From NCBI GenBank assembly GCA_963769885.1, contig CAVYNH010000006.1:1-64000 (forward strand): a stretch of DNA of 64,000 nucleotides, read 5' to 3'. Positions 39,952 through 51,312 of this stretch are shown here, piece after piece. The notes under the pieces were generated by a model. It searched no databases. It worked only from the letters and a program-made list of their open reading frames with translations, and was not told where the DNA came from. This stretch comes from Methanobacteriota archaeon (GTDB taxonomy: Archaea > Thermoplasmatota > E2 > DHVEG-1). Each line of letters begins with the position of its first letter. Positions within the stretch are counted from its first letter, which is position 1. The position numbers were made by a program, and so were the translations under genes.

Positions 39952-40935
39952 TAGAAGACATTAAGACCACGAACGCGAACTTTAAAAACGAGCTTCAGAC
40001 CCAGCGCGATGCTTACCACGGTACGGCTATCGCCCTCCGCTGGGCGATTCAGACCGCCCTCGATGAAAACGCGACGATGTTGGATGGACTCAAGAATGCC
40101 TATTGGTCGTTGAGGACCACGGACGAGTTAGCTATCTTCGACTTGAGGGTGGACAATGCCCAGACCATTCTGAACACTTTAAGTGACAAAGGCTATAATA
40201 CCACGGAAGCCCAGGGGATCCTTGACGGGATCCAGGCGATGCGGACCGATCTTGAGGCCGCGCTGAATGCCCATGATCAGACGGCGGTCCACGCGGTCAA
40301 CGTACGGATTTATGACCAGTCTGTGATTTTGCGGGCGACCGTGCGGGCGCTGCAGGTTCAGGTCCCGCAGGAGCTGCGTCTTCGGTACTGGATTGAGGTC
40401 GGCGGTCGGGCGTTGAACCGAACTGCGGTTATTCTCTCTGAGCTTGAGGGGCTGGGGTTGAACGTCACGAAGCTTCAGGCGACGCAGGACCAAGCGGTGA
40501 TCGACCTGGGCCGTGCCCAACAGTCGTATCTCGCCGGGGATCTGACCGGGACTCGGAGTGCGTTGTCTGACCTGCGGCTGGATCTTTTATCGATGAGGGA
40601 GGCGTACCACGATCTCATCCTTGGTGGCGCGGTGTCTGGGATGGAGAAGACGACGGTCGAGCATGTGGTTACGGCGTTGGACGATACGACGGTAGGGTTG
40701 GCTGAGGGGACGGCAGAGGCGCCCTAGTCTGCCTCCTTTTTTTTCTTTATTTGGTCGTGAGTTTCGTGAAGTGGGTTCCATTCCCGGGGTACCGTTCCAT
40801 TTCCCTGGGTTCAAGGTTTTCATTCCGTGGTTGACGGTTGATCTGCTTCCCGCCAGGCTGCCGTACCGGACTCCTCCTCATCTGAAGTAAAAAGAGAGAA
40901 AAAGAAGAGAATGCGGTGAGGTCGCTTTACGGTGT

Positions 40936-42345
40936 TCAGGCGTAGCCACCGATTTGGAGGCTGGGGTCGCCGAAGAGGATCCATTGTTCGAGGTTTTTGG
41001 CGATGATGGCGGCGCCGTTCACGGAGGTGTCGTCCCAGTTGATGGGGCATTCTTGGGCGACGTGGGTGACCGCGGCGCGCCAGGTGTCCCCGAGGATTGT
41101 GGTGTGGTTGACGCCGTATTCGGCGAAGAACTGCCGGTCGAGCCATTCGATGCCGCCGACGCCGAGGCTGATGTCGGGGGACTCGTAGCTGAAGGCGGTG
41201 GCGCCGATGGTCGCGATGCTGCCGCCGTTGGGTTTGATGACCCAGATCCAGCTGAAGCAGGCAAGGGTGGGGAGGCTGAAGACCCAGGGTCTGTTGCGGA
41301 AGCTGACGTTGAACATGCTGTTGAAGCAGCCGCTGCCGGTGATGAGGACGGGGAGTTTCTTGCCGTTGTGCAGGAAGGTGAGGTCTCGGATGCGCAGATT
41401 GATCCAGGTGTTGTTGTCGTCGGGCGGGTGGGTGCCCCAGACTTTGGGGTTGCCGTGGCCGGAGAGCCAGAGGAAGCCGCAGCCGTGGTCGACTTTTTTG
41501 ATGATGTCGCTGGCTTTGGTGAAGGTGCCGTCGGATGTCCAGAGTTTGACGGGGGTGAAGTTTTTCATGAGGTCGAGGCCTTGTTGGGTGTAGACTTCGC
41601 CGTCGTAGTAGGGGGTGCGGCCGGGGTAGGTGTCGCCGGCGGCGACGATCATGGTGTTGAACCAGCTGGTGTTGCGTTTGGGTTGGTTTTCGTAGGTGAT
41701 GATCTTGCGGACGACGACGCGGACTTCGTTTGCGTTGGTGGCGGGGAGGCGGCCGAGGCCGACGTCGGGGATGAGGTCGGGGCGGTCGGCGGCGGTCTGG
41801 TTGAGTGCCCATTCGCCGAAGATGCCGTTGTTGTTGTCGTCCCAGCTGCTGAAGCTGCCGTTCTGGGTGTAGATGTCGGCGAAATACAGATCGGAGAGGA
41901 ATTTGCCTTCGGGGTAGGCTTCGTAGGGGCGGTCGAGGTGGCTGTAGCGGACGGGGAGCCACCATTGCTGGTTTTTGTTTTGGCTGGCGAGGCCGCCGAC
42001 GAGGAGGACGTATTTGATGCCCCAGTGTTCGATGGCGGCTTTGATGAAGTATTTGATTTTTTCCGCGTGGTCTCGGCCTTGGAAGTACATCTGGTTGTAG
42101 ATGGTGGTGGTGTCGATGATGATGGTGCGGACGCCGAGCCGGTTTTTGTGGAAGGCGAGGGGGAGGAGGTCGGGGTGGAAGATGGGGTGGGTGATGATGA
42201 GGAGGTCGTAGACGGCGTTATTGAAGATCGTGGGGAGTGATGCCGCCTGTGTTGGTGTGGGGGTGGCGGCTGCTGCGGTGAGGGAGGTGGTGGTGAGGAG
42301 GATGAGGGTGAGGAGTTGGCTGAGTCGAAGGAGTGGGGCGGGCAT
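40936..42345 (-). CDS. C25 (gingipain-like) cysteine peptidase
   Basis: YVLLVGG, SDLYFADI, LGRLP, SGHG...GC dyad, LFGDPSLQIGGY; paralog of 20760-22133. Confidence 0.9.
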   Translation of the reverse strand: MPAPLLRLSQLLTLILLTTTSLTAAAATPTPTQAASLPTIFNNAVYDLLIITHPIFHPDLLPLAFHKNRLGVRTIIIDTTTIYNQMYFQGRDHAEKIKYFIKAAIEHWGIKYVLLVGGLASQNKNQQWWLPVRYSHLDRPYEAYPEGKFLSDLYFADIYTQNGSFSSWDDNNNGIFGEWALNQTAADRPDLIPDVGLGRLPATNANEVRVVVRKIITYENQPKRNTSWFNTMIVAAGDTYPGRTPYYDGEVYTQQGLDLMKNFTPVKLWTSDGTFTKASDIIKKVDHGCGFLWLSGHGNPKVWGTHPPDDNNTWINLRIRDLTFLHNGKKLPVLITGSGCFNSMFNVSFRNRPWVFSLPTLACFSWIWVIKPNGGSIATIGATAFSYESPDISLGVGGIEWLDRQFFAEYGVNHTTILGDTWRAAVTHVAQECPINWDDTSVNGAAIIAKNLEQWILFGDPSLQIGGYA

Positions 42346-42404
42346 GAGTATCGCTGTTCTTTTATATAATTTGCAGTAATATAAAAGTAGCGATGGTGTG
42401 TTTA

Positions 42405-42683
42405 TTAGGGGAGTTTGAAGGTGGGTGTGCCTTCGAAGAGGCTGCGGTAGAGCTGGTTGAAGAGGGTGATGTACTCCTGGGCTTTGGGGGTGGCGGCGTA
42501 GGTGGTTTTGCCGTCCGTGTCTTGTCTGTGGAGGTAGCCTTTCCCTTCGAGGAAGTGGACGTGCTGCTGGCCGATCTTGGTGTTGAGGTCGCAGCGGTTG
42601 ATGATACTGGTGAGGCTGCGGGGCTCGCGGCAGAAGATGAGAATCTCCCAGTAGATTTCGTAGACGGTGCGCCGTTCCGTCAT
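42405..42683 (-). CDS. Winged-helix DNA-binding protein
   Basis: RRTVYEIYWEIL...TSIINRCDLN...Y.ATPKAQEY. Confidence 0.8.
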   Translation of the reverse strand: MTERRTVYEIYWEILIFCREPRSLTSIINRCDLNTKIGQQHVHFLEGKGYLHRQDTDGKTTYAATPKAQEYITLFNQLYRSLFEGTPTFKLP

Positions 42684-43303
42684 GGCGTCTCCCCGCTGAG
42701 GTACTGGCCGAGGGAGTCCTCGGCCTGTTTACTCTGGGCGATGCGCTGATCCCAGACGGTGGCGTGGCGGGTGAAGCGGCGGGTGAAGGAGAGGCAGCCG
42801 ATGCCGACGCCGATGACAGCGAGGCTGCCGGCGAACCCGTAGCCAGAGCCCTGGGCGATGCCGATGACGGCGTTCACGAGGCCGGCGAGGATGAAGAGGA
42901 GGCCGCCGGCCCTGCCGAAGAGCATCATGCGCTGTACCGTCGGGTATTTTTCGCGGTAGAACGAGAGGAGGCGGATGTACAGCTGGGTCAGTCCGGTGTC
43001 ATCTGGTGCAGCTTTGAGGTCCATGAGGGCTTGGTGGATGTGGCCGACGCCGCCGATGACCGGGGCTGTCGTAAGTAGCCAGGAGAAGCCGAGGCCGAAG
43101 CTGACCATACCGAAGAGGATCTGTGAGGCACGGTAGAGGGTTTCCCAGGGTTCTGCGGGGACGCCGGTGAGGAACTTGGTTGCGGGGTCGATGATGATGC
43201 TCATGCCGAGGCCGATGGCGAGCGCCGCGAGCATCAGGTTGATGATGAGGAGTCCAAGGAAGCTATTGACTTCCTGTTCTGCTGTTTTGTTGGTTGGGGT
43301 CAT
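42680..43303 (-). CDS. Four-TM membrane protein
   Basis: Hydrophobic segments; overlaps the wHTH gene by 4 nt. Confidence 0.7.
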   Translation of the reverse strand: MTPTNKTAEQEVNSFLGLLIINLMLAALAIGLGMSIIIDPATKFLTGVPAEPWETLYRASQILFGMVSFGLGFSWLLTTAPVIGGVGHIHQALMDLKAAPDDTGLTQLYIRLLSFYREKYPTVQRMMLFGRAGGLLFILAGLVNAVIGIAQGSGYGFAGSLAVIGVGIGCLSFTRRFTRHATVWDQRIAQSKQAEDSLGQYLSGETP

Positions 43304-43629
43304 GGGTTTCACCGGCAGTCAGTAAGGCGGCTGGCGGGTATAAAGAACCATGAAACCATGTTCCGTATTTCAATTCCCGCTGTCCCCCCCGTCCTAAATC
43401 ACCGGGTAAGGATGTCCTCGGGAGAGGCTCTCCAGCGGGTCCTCACCCCCCAAGCCCCTGCAGGTGTACGGCAGCGTCCTCCCTCGACTTCTTCACCCCC
43501 GTCGGCTCCGATTTCTGCCTCGCCGACGATCCCCACGTGATCCTCCGATAACCCCCCGATTATAAGGAGTTGAACAGACCGAAACACCTATGAACCAGAC
43601 GGGATACTGACAACGCCACAAGAGGGGCC

Positions 43630-44631
43630 GTGCCACCCACCGTGAACCGACGAACACAACTCTACGAATACGCCAAGCTCTCCAGCGCCCACTTCATCTT
43701 CCTCACCGCCATCATCCCCGTCACCGGCGCCATCGCCATGGGCAGCAAAAACCTCGTCTCCCTCACCTTCCTCTTCCTCATCGGCGTCTGCGCTCACACC
43801 GTCGGCTTCGCCTACAACCACTACCGCGACATCGACATAGATCGCCTCAGCACCGACATCGCCCAACGCCCCCTCCTCCAAGGCACCATCCCCAAACGCC
43901 ATGCCCAATTCTTTATCACCGCCGTCTTCCTCACCGGTTTCCTCCTCACCCTCATCGCCTTCGGGTGGCTCCTGGCTCTCATCTACCTCGCCGGCATCAG
44001 CCTCGCCGCCCTCTACGATCTCTACAGCAAACGCCTCCCCGGCATGGATCTCGTCCTTGCCGCCGCCGTCGCCACCGGCGTCGCCTTCGGTGCCGCCACC
44101 GTCTCCACACGCCTGCCGCCCAGCGTCCTCGTTTTCTGCGCCCTTGCGTTCCTCCAGACCCTGAACCTCAACCTCATCGCCGGCGGCCTCAAAGACGCTG
44201 ACCACGACCATCTCATCGGCTCCCGGCATCTCGCCCCCCTGCTCGGCGTCCGGGCCGACCGTGACGCCTTCCACATCCCAGGGTCCTTCAAGGCTCTCGC
44301 CTACCTCTGCGGAGGACTCTACACATTCATCGTCTTCGCCGCAGTCCTCACCGGCATCATCTCCTTGCCTCTCATCCTGCTGCCGGTCCTATTCGCCTTC
44401 ACCGTTGCGTTCTTCGTCATCACCTACAAAATGCTCAGCTTGCCTAGGTTCAATCGCCAAGAGGTCCGCAAGTACGTCGTCATCCAGTATATGGTGAACT
44501 GGCTGAACATCCCGGTGCTCCTTATGAGCGTCGCTCCCTTGGCTGTCCTAATGATCCTATATCCCATCGCCGGCTTGATCGTCTCGAATCTCATCCTTTA
44601 CCGAACCATCTTTCGGCCCCAGGTCCTGTAA
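43630..44631 (+). CDS. UbiA family prenyltransferase
   Basis: NHYRDIDID...RPL..G, YDLYSK, KDADHD; multi-TM. Confidence 0.85.
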   Translation: MPPTVNRRTQLYEYAKLSSAHFIFLTAIIPVTGAIAMGSKNLVSLTFLFLIGVCAHTVGFAYNHYRDIDIDRLSTDIAQRPLLQGTIPKRHAQFFITAVFLTGFLLTLIAFGWLLALIYLAGISLAALYDLYSKRLPGMDLVLAAAVATGVAFGAATVSTRLPPSVLVFCALAFLQTLNLNLIAGGLKDADHDHLIGSRHLAPLLGVRADRDAFHIPGSFKALAYLCGGLYTFIVFAAVLTGIISLPLILLPVLFAFTVAFFVITYKMLSLPRFNRQEVRKYVVIQYMVNWLNIPVLLMSVAPLAVLMILYPIAGLIVSNLILYRTIFRPQVL

Positions 44632-44811
44632 CTCATCATGGGTGCAGTCGATGATTCCGGTCAGCATGTCTGTGTTGGTCGTTGTTTTTTTCATTTTTTT
44701 ATCGCAGAAACAAGGGGGCTCAGGCAAGAAGCGTGTCGTGGGGGCATTAAGGAGGGAGTGTGGGTGGCGACGGGCTTATAAGCCTGTTTTTGGTTACCGT
44801 GGGAGTGGGGA

Positions 44812-45249
44812 ATGAGTAAAATGAACTGTGTCATTGTGTACTGGTCACGGTATGGGAACGGGAAGAAGCTGGTTGATCATCTCGCTGATACGTTGCAGGC
44901 GCGGGGGTCGGCGAAGGTTTTGTCGACGGATGAGGCGGACCCGGCGGCGTTGCCGGCGGCGGATGTGTACGTGTTCTCGGCGCCCGCGGAGGCGATGAAC
45001 CTGCAGAAGAACATGCGGGAGTTCATGAAGCGGCTCCAGCACATGGATGGGAAGAAGTTCGGGATCATCAACACGCATGGGATGAAGAAGAGCAGGCTTG
45101 CGAAGATGGAGAAGCTGCTGTCGAAGAAGGGGATGGCGAAGCTGGCGGAGATCGATTTCCAGGTCGGGCCGAAGGCGCAGGCTGGCCATGGGCTGCCTGA
45201 GGGCTGGGAGGCGTCGATGGACGCGTTCGCGGCGAGGCTTTCGGGCTGA
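44812..45249 (+). CDS. Flavodoxin-like protein
   Basis: IVYWSRYGNGKKL, YVFSAP. Confidence 0.8.
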   Translation: MSKMNCVIVYWSRYGNGKKLVDHLADTLQARGSAKVLSTDEADPAALPAADVYVFSAPAEAMNLQKNMREFMKRLQHMDGKKFGIINTHGMKKSRLAKMEKLLSKKGMAKLAEIDFQVGPKAQAGHGLPEGWEASMDAFAARLSG

Positions 45250-45405
45250 TCCTACCCTTCGCTGGTTTTTCTATCGGTAAACAGCATTACTATGAGAGAG
45301 GATTATCTTCTCTTTCGGGGTACCGGTAAGCAAAGCATAAAAAATATGATTAAAGAATCTACCTAACAGTGGCACTAGAACTGGGCTTAGATACAAGAAA
45401 AGGGT

Positions 45406-46092
45406 TCACCCGGAGTACTTCCCCAAGGTGACATCCCCGTTCGTCGTCGACACCACAAACCGCAGCGTTCCCCCGTTCAGCTGCCCGGTCAGATAATTCT
45501 GATCCGACGTGACGTTCCCCAGCGTAAAACCCGGCGTCGTAATCTGGCCGTTCGTCGTCGACACATCCAGCAACGCCTTCACGTCACTGCCGAACGCCAG
45601 CGACACCGCCCCGTTCGTCGTATACGCGGACACATACCCGCCGATATCCGACAACGTCACACTTCCGTTCGACAACCCGACACTCACATTCCCTTTCACC
45701 CCTTGGACCACCACCGCCCCATTATACGTCGTCACCGAGCTCACCGTCACATTCCGCGGCACCTTTACCGTATACACGATCGTCGGCGCCACCTTCCCAT
45801 GCCCCGTATACCACGTCTCGACCGACACCGAATTCTCTGCCTTCACCACATAGATCTGCCCTTTCGCCAGCTCACTCTGATTCACCGCGGTCTTCACCGC
45901 ACTCACATCAATCGTCGGCTCATCCCACACCGTCACCGTCACACTCCCACGGTTGTTCTGCAACGAAAAAATCGTCGACGCCGTCGCCGGAGCCGACTCA
46001 TGGAACTTCTCCGTCGGCACCGACGGCCCGAAACACCCACTCAACGCCATAGTCACCACAAGGCAGCCTACGAGCACCACAGACAGCCTCAT
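45406..46092 (-). CDS. DUF4097/adhesin-like beta-repeat lipoprotein
   Basis: LSGC lipobox; repeated T(T/Y)NG.V motifs. Confidence 0.8.
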   Translation of the reverse strand: MRLSVVLVGCLVVTMALSGCFGPSVPTEKFHESAPATASTIFSLQNNRGSVTVTVWDEPTIDVSAVKTAVNQSELAKGQIYVVKAENSVSVETWYTGHGKVAPTIVYTVKVPRNVTVSSVTTYNGAVVVQGVKGNVSVGLSNGSVTLSDIGGYVSAYTTNGAVSLAFGSDVKALLDVSTTNGQITTPGFTLGNVTSDQNYLTGQLNGGTLRFVVSTTNGDVTLGKYSG

Positions 46093-46205
46093 ACCGGAGA
46101 TTCACCTGTTACAAGAGAGATACGTCACAGGCCAATAAACTTTCCAAAAAAGAGGAAATCAGATAACCCACCACCCGAATGCCATACACCAGGACCAAGA
46201 CCGCC

Positions 46206-47651
46206 ATGAATATCCTCCTCATAGAACCCAACATCCACACCACTCCCCTCATCCCCCCCATCGCCCTCCCAGCCCTCAAAGGATACCTCCACACCAACAC
46301 CCAACACCACGCCCGCATCATCGACTTGGTCTTCCACAAACACGACTGGCAGGAGCACATCCAACAAGCCCTCACCGCCGACCACCCGGACCTTATCGGC
46401 TTCTCCACCCTCAGCTTCACCTACACCGACGCCCTCGTCATCGCCCACTTCCTTAAAACTCACACCCAAACACCCATCATCTTCGGCGGCGTCCACGTCA
46501 TCCTCAACCCAGACCAAACCATCAACGAACCAGACGTGGACATGATCTGCACCGGCGAAGGCGAACACACCCTCAACGACCTCCTCGACCACCACCTCGA
46601 CCCCACCGACGTCCCCGGCCTCTGGTACAAAAAAGACGGACGCACCATCAAGAATCCGCCCCGCCCCCTCATCGACGACCTCGACAGCCTCGGCATCCCC
46701 GACTACACCGACTACAACATCCCCCGCTACTTCTTCATCAACCACCACCATCTCCCCATCATGGCCACCCGCGGCTGCCCGTACAGCTGCGCCTACTGCA
46801 GCAACCCCGCCCTCAGAAAAACATTCACCGGCCGCTACGTCCGCACCCGCACCGCAGACAGCCTCATCAACGAAATCGACACCAGAGTCACCCAATACAA
46901 AGACCACGGCCTCCAGTTCCTCTACTTCTTCGACGACACCTTCATCCTCAACCGCGCCCTCGTCACCAACTTCTGCACCACCTACAAACAAAAAGGATAC
47001 CACGAATGGCTCCATTGGACCGCCAACATCCGCGCCAACCTCGTCACATCCGACCTCATGACCATGATGAAAGACGCCGGCTGCTACCAAGTCCGAATGG
47101 GCGTCGAAACCGGCAACGAACACCTCCGCAACGCTGTCTACCACCGGGGCATGACCAACAGCCAACTCCAAGAAGCATTCGCCGCCATCCACACCGCCGG
47201 CCTCAGCCTTCGCCTCTACTTCATGGCCGGCGCCCCACAAGAAACCCTCCCCATGATGCACGAAAGCCTCACCCTCGCAAAGCAAACAAACGCGGAATCC
47301 TTCTTCAGCATCCTCTACCCCCTCCCCGGCACCGAGATCCAACAAGCCTGCAAAGACGCCAAGACCCTCATCGACTCCCCCCAGGCCGTCCTTGGCACCA
47401 TCCCCGTCACCCATACCCTCACCGTCACCCCACAGCAACTCACCCAATTCATGAAACAAGTCGGACGCTGGCAGATGAAGAAATACTTCCACGAAGGACT
47501 CCGGCTGAAAGGACCCCGCTTCCTCCTCGACAGCCTCTGGTACGCCCTCCACCTCAGACGCGCCTACGACCTCGAACGCACCCAAATGTTCCTCTGGAAC
47601 GTTCAACGCTACGAACTCGATACCCTCACCACTACTCACGCAGCCGTGTGA
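46206..47651 (+). CDS. Cobalamin-binding radical SAM protein
   Basis: FGGVH, GEGE, RGCPYSCAYC, DDTF, GVETG, PLPGT. Confidence 0.9.
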   Translation: MNILLIEPNIHTTPLIPPIALPALKGYLHTNTQHHARIIDLVFHKHDWQEHIQQALTADHPDLIGFSTLSFTYTDALVIAHFLKTHTQTPIIFGGVHVILNPDQTINEPDVDMICTGEGEHTLNDLLDHHLDPTDVPGLWYKKDGRTIKNPPRPLIDDLDSLGIPDYTDYNIPRYFFINHHHLPIMATRGCPYSCAYCSNPALRKTFTGRYVRTRTADSLINEIDTRVTQYKDHGLQFLYFFDDTFILNRALVTNFCTTYKQKGYHEWLHWTANIRANLVTSDLMTMMKDAGCYQVRMGVETGNEHLRNAVYHRGMTNSQLQEAFAAIHTAGLSLRLYFMAGAPQETLPMMHESLTLAKQTNAESFFSILYPLPGTEIQQACKDAKTLIDSPQAVLGTIPVTHTLTVTPQQLTQFMKQVGRWQMKKYFHEGLRLKGPRFLLDSLWYALHLRRAYDLERTQMFLWNVQRYELDTLTTTHAAV

Positions 47652-47823
47652 TGAGTAGATAGTGGCAGTCCTTAGATTTTCCAGGGCAGAAAAAACAAAA
47701 AAATGTGAGAAAAAACCATGCGTCATCTATCCGTGGTTATTGGTGGGCATTGCATCGGTGCTATTCCTCGCTTTTTCATGGTTGTCTTCCTCCTCCTTAT
47801 TAAAGGAAGAAGACCTCGTTTGA

Positions 47824-49468
47824 TTAGGTATTCAGCCTGGCTCTAAGAATTTGAAAGAATAAGTGAATGATTGAATGCTGTCCTGGATGATAGAACCAGA
47901 ATGCATGGGCTGTCGGCGAGTTCACTGGGATAGTAATCGGTAGTGTCCCCCATCCGCTTTCCAGAGGAGCGGGGTCCTTTGCCTTTGCCTGAATAGTGTA
48001 GTTTCCTTTCTTCGACCATGTATGGTTTGCCATGACGGTTCCGCCGGATGGCACCGGTCCTAGCCACCCGCTGTTCGTCCCATCACCCCACTCAATCCAG
48101 AAGTATACCGGATCAGTATCGGCATCGACAGTTGTCACATTATAGTAATATTTCACGCGTGGTTTTCCGCTCGCTGGCCCCGTGATCGTCGGGTTGTTCG
48201 GCGGATTGTCAACCGTGACCATGTCCTTGGCGGGGGTCGGATCAACATTATTAACACCATTCATGGAGATCGCCTCAATGGTGTGAAGACCGGATGGCAA
48301 CATCGTCGTATTGAATCTGAAATCCTCCTGCCATTCATCCCATATGCCATCGGTTGGTATCGTGGGCATGAGCGTTCCCGAATCGATGCGGAAGAGTACC
48401 ATAACGATGATATTAATGGTGACATCGTTTCCTGGATTTGAAGGCTGTGGGTTCTGGTTTGGGTACGCTACGTCCCAGGCCCTCCCAGTGTAGGAGAGGA
48501 CATGGTTCGCGGTGGGATCCGGCGTGTACGGATTGAGGGTCGTCTCAGGGAGGGTATCGATGATATCCAGGATGCCGTCTCCATCAGTGTCTCTCCAGCC
48601 GACCTGCAGTCGCGTCCCGGACGATAGCGAAAGCGCGTTCGTGTCCATGAGGCAGCCTGAGCCTTCGACATCGGGAGCGTTCAGGTAGCCACTGTATTCG
48701 GTAATCCCGTTATATTCGTCGGTCGCCCAGAAGATGTGACCGGTCTCATGGGCAAAGACTTGATCCATTCTAGTGATTCCCCACGCCCCGTTATCATAGG
48801 TCATGATATTGTAGGGGCCACCGAGATAGCCGTACGCACTGTAGCCGTCGGAGAAGTTACCATCAGCATCGCGGCTGCTGTCGACGATGAACGCGATGTA
48901 CCCCCAATTAGTCTTCGTTGACGTTCGGACGGCGTTAAGGTAATCGCGCGTCCGCTTCAACCAATCCCCTGAGTTATATCCTAATTTGGCCATCGCCTGA
49001 CTGATCCAGAGGTGCTCCCAGGTGGCGTTCGTGAATGCTGATGGATGGATAATTGGTTCGTAGCCGATTTGGACGTTGAGCTGGACATTCAGTACCGACT
49101 GAAAGTTGGGCAAGTGAATTCTGCGCGATCCACCAGGAAATCGTCTGGTTAATCTCGCTTCGAACTGACGTGATCTCAGATGTCGTCCAATTTTCATAAT
49201 TAGGATCTATTGAGCCGTTACTTTCAAGAAAGATAACACTGAGAGAAACGGATCCGATAAGGTACTCGCTGGTATCGTAGTACCCTGGGGCGCCTCCTCT
49301 GTTGTGGATGAGGGATGGATCGAACGGTTCAATGAGTTGAAGGCAATCGTTACTCAGAATCTTGAGTTGTTTTTCAGGCTGGTTGGTATCGGATTCCATG
49401 GCTGGCATGATTGGCGGGAGCATCGATGACAACAGCATACAGAGTATAATACAAACTATTTTTTTCAT
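47824..49468 (-). CDS. Secreted zinc metallopeptidase (HEXXH) with PKD-like tail; 1-nt frameshift at ~49095
   Basis: Signal peptide in ORF 48974-49468; AHETGHIFWATDEY...CLM and EWGDG in ORF 47824-49197. Confidence 0.82.
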
Positions 49469-49784
49469 TACCTTTCCCCGTAAAATTAACCTCGTTTCAT
49501 TATATAAATGTTAGTCTTCATCGGCTTCATCCCGAAATAGAAAATAAGGGAGGGAATGCTTTGTCGCGATAATCCTCGATATATCTATGAAAATTAAAGT
49601 CGGCACAATGAAATTCTCGGTTAACCTCGACATTCTACTTAGCTACTGTTAAGGCGTAATTAAAAGTAAAAGAATAGAAAGCCAATCAGTAGGCCCAGTT
49701 TCCCTTCGCGACTACACCAATTCAGCTTCAAGAAACAACAATAACAACATTTAACAAGCATCTGACGATTCACCCCATCATCCC

Positions 49785-51077
49785 ATGGCGGAGGCGACTA
49801 AACGGGGGATTAGTCTTCGAGCCAGGTTCTTCTATCGGTACCGCCGGTTCATAAAAACCCTCAAGATCTACCTCGTTATCGCCGGCCCCGGCATCATCGT
49901 CATGATCGCCGACAACGACGCCGGCGGCATCACCACCTACACCGCCACCGGCGCCAAATTCGGCTTCAGCCTCATCTGGTTCCTCATCTTACTGGGCCCC
50001 ATCGCCTACATCATCCAAGAAATGACCGTACGCCTCGGCGCCGTCACCAAACAAGGCCACGCCGAAGCCATCTTCGACGCCTTCGGCCCCTTCTGGGGAT
50101 GGTTCTCCCTCAGCGACCTCCTCCTCGTCAACTGGCTCACCCTCATCACCGAATTCATCGGCATGACCGCCGCCCTCTCCATCTTCGGCATCCCCCCCAT
50201 CCTCACCGTCATCGCGGTCCTCCTCCTCCTCATCGTCATGATCCTCCAAGGACGCTACTGGACCTGGGAAAAAATCGTCATCGTCTTCTGCCTCCTCAAC
50301 CTCATCTACATCCCCGCCGCCTTCCTCGTCCACCCCAACTGGAACACCATTCTCACCCACGGCCTTATCCCCAACCTCCCCGGCGGCCTCAGCAGCGACC
50401 TTTTCTTCTTCCTCATGGCCAACATCGGCACCACCATCGCCCCCTGGATGATCTTCTTCCAACAAAGCAGCGTCGTCGACAAAGGCATGAAAGAAAAAGA
50501 CATCCCCTGGGGCAAATTCGACACCATGCTCGGCGCCATCTTCACCGTCCTCGTCGCCATCTTCTGCGTCGTCGTCACCGCCACCGTCCTCTACGGCTCC
50601 AGCATCCAAAGCGCAGCCCAAGCCGCCCACGCCCTCCTCGGCATCCACCAATACGCCGGCGTCCTCCTCGCCATCGGCCTCTTCGACGCCGGCCTCGTCG
50701 GCGCCATCTGCATCAGCCTCGCCAGCTCCTGGGCCTTCGGAGAAGTCTGGGGCTGGGCCCACAGCCTCAACAACAAAATCCGCGAAGCACCCTGGTTCTA
50801 CCTCCTCTACCTCCTCATCCTCATCAGCGCCGCCATCGTCGTCCTCATCCCCGGCGCCCCCCTCGTCCTCATCACCCTCTTCGTCCAAGTCGTCGCCGTC
50901 ACCTTGCTCCCCGCCATCCTCGTCTTCCTCATCCTCATGCTAAACAACGAAGACCTCATGGGCAAATACAAAAACACCCTCACCCAAAACATCATCAGCA
51001 CCGCCATCACCATCTTCCTCATCACCCTCTCCACCCTCTACGCCATCACCGTCCTCTTCCCCACCCTCTTCCACTAA
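49785..51077 (+). CDS. NRAMP-family divalent cation transporter (Mg-type variant)
   Basis: GPGII...DNDAGGITTY, QEM..RLG, IGTTIAPW. Confidence 0.9.
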   Translation: MAEATKRGISLRARFFYRYRRFIKTLKIYLVIAGPGIIVMIADNDAGGITTYTATGAKFGFSLIWFLILLGPIAYIIQEMTVRLGAVTKQGHAEAIFDAFGPFWGWFSLSDLLLVNWLTLITEFIGMTAALSIFGIPPILTVIAVLLLLIVMILQGRYWTWEKIVIVFCLLNLIYIPAAFLVHPNWNTILTHGLIPNLPGGLSSDLFFFLMANIGTTIAPWMIFFQQSSVVDKGMKEKDIPWGKFDTMLGAIFTVLVAIFCVVVTATVLYGSSIQSAAQAAHALLGIHQYAGVLLAIGLFDAGLVGAICISLASSWAFGEVWGWAHSLNNKIREAPWFYLLYLLILISAAIVVLIPGAPLVLITLFVQVVAVTLLPAILVFLILMLNNEDLMGKYKNTLTQNIISTAITIFLITLSTLYAITVLFPTLFH

Positions 51078-51090
51078 AAGGCATGAAACC

Positions 51091-51294
51091 ATGACATCCT
51101 CCACCACCATCCCCCAAAAAATAAAATCCTCCCTCCGCCATCAATCCAACACCATCAGAGCCATCAACGACAAATACCGCCACCCCCGACGCCGCATGAC
51201 CCGCGGCGTCAAAATCGCTTTAATGGGCATCCGCATCTACCTCATCATCATCCTCTGCGTCCTCCTCTACAAATTCATCACCCTCATCCACTAA
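51091..51294 (+). CDS. Small membrane protein in the NRAMP/MgtE operon
   Basis: Basic stretch followed by one TM segment; same codon style as its neighbours. Confidence 0.65.
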   Translation: MTSSTTIPQKIKSSLRHQSNTIRAINDKYRHPRRRMTRGVKIALMGIRIYLIIILCVLLYKFITLIH

Positions 51295-51312
51295 CCAAAA
51301 AAGGTGACACCT

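Larger units (their letters stand above)
39053..40727 (+). pseudogene. Secreted helical protein interrupted by an IS200-type element
   Basis: Removing ~604 bp (39348-39951) fuses 39053-39347 in frame with 39952-40727 (DAALVQ-I-EDIKTT). Confidence 0.8.

Noticed and set aside
209-49096. Single-base frameshifts at ~210, ~27377, ~34436 and ~49095 as programmed frameshifting or phase variation
   Set aside because: All lie in very short homopolymers in unrelated genes with no slippery heptamer, which is typical of sequencing indels. Raw reads would decide.
49620-49730. Possible M-box (Mg2+) riboswitch upstream of the NRAMP/MgtE operon
   Set aside because: Only short fragments (GCTACTG, GCCAAT) resemble the consensus and the core helices are not evident. 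A cmsearch with the ykoK model would settle it.
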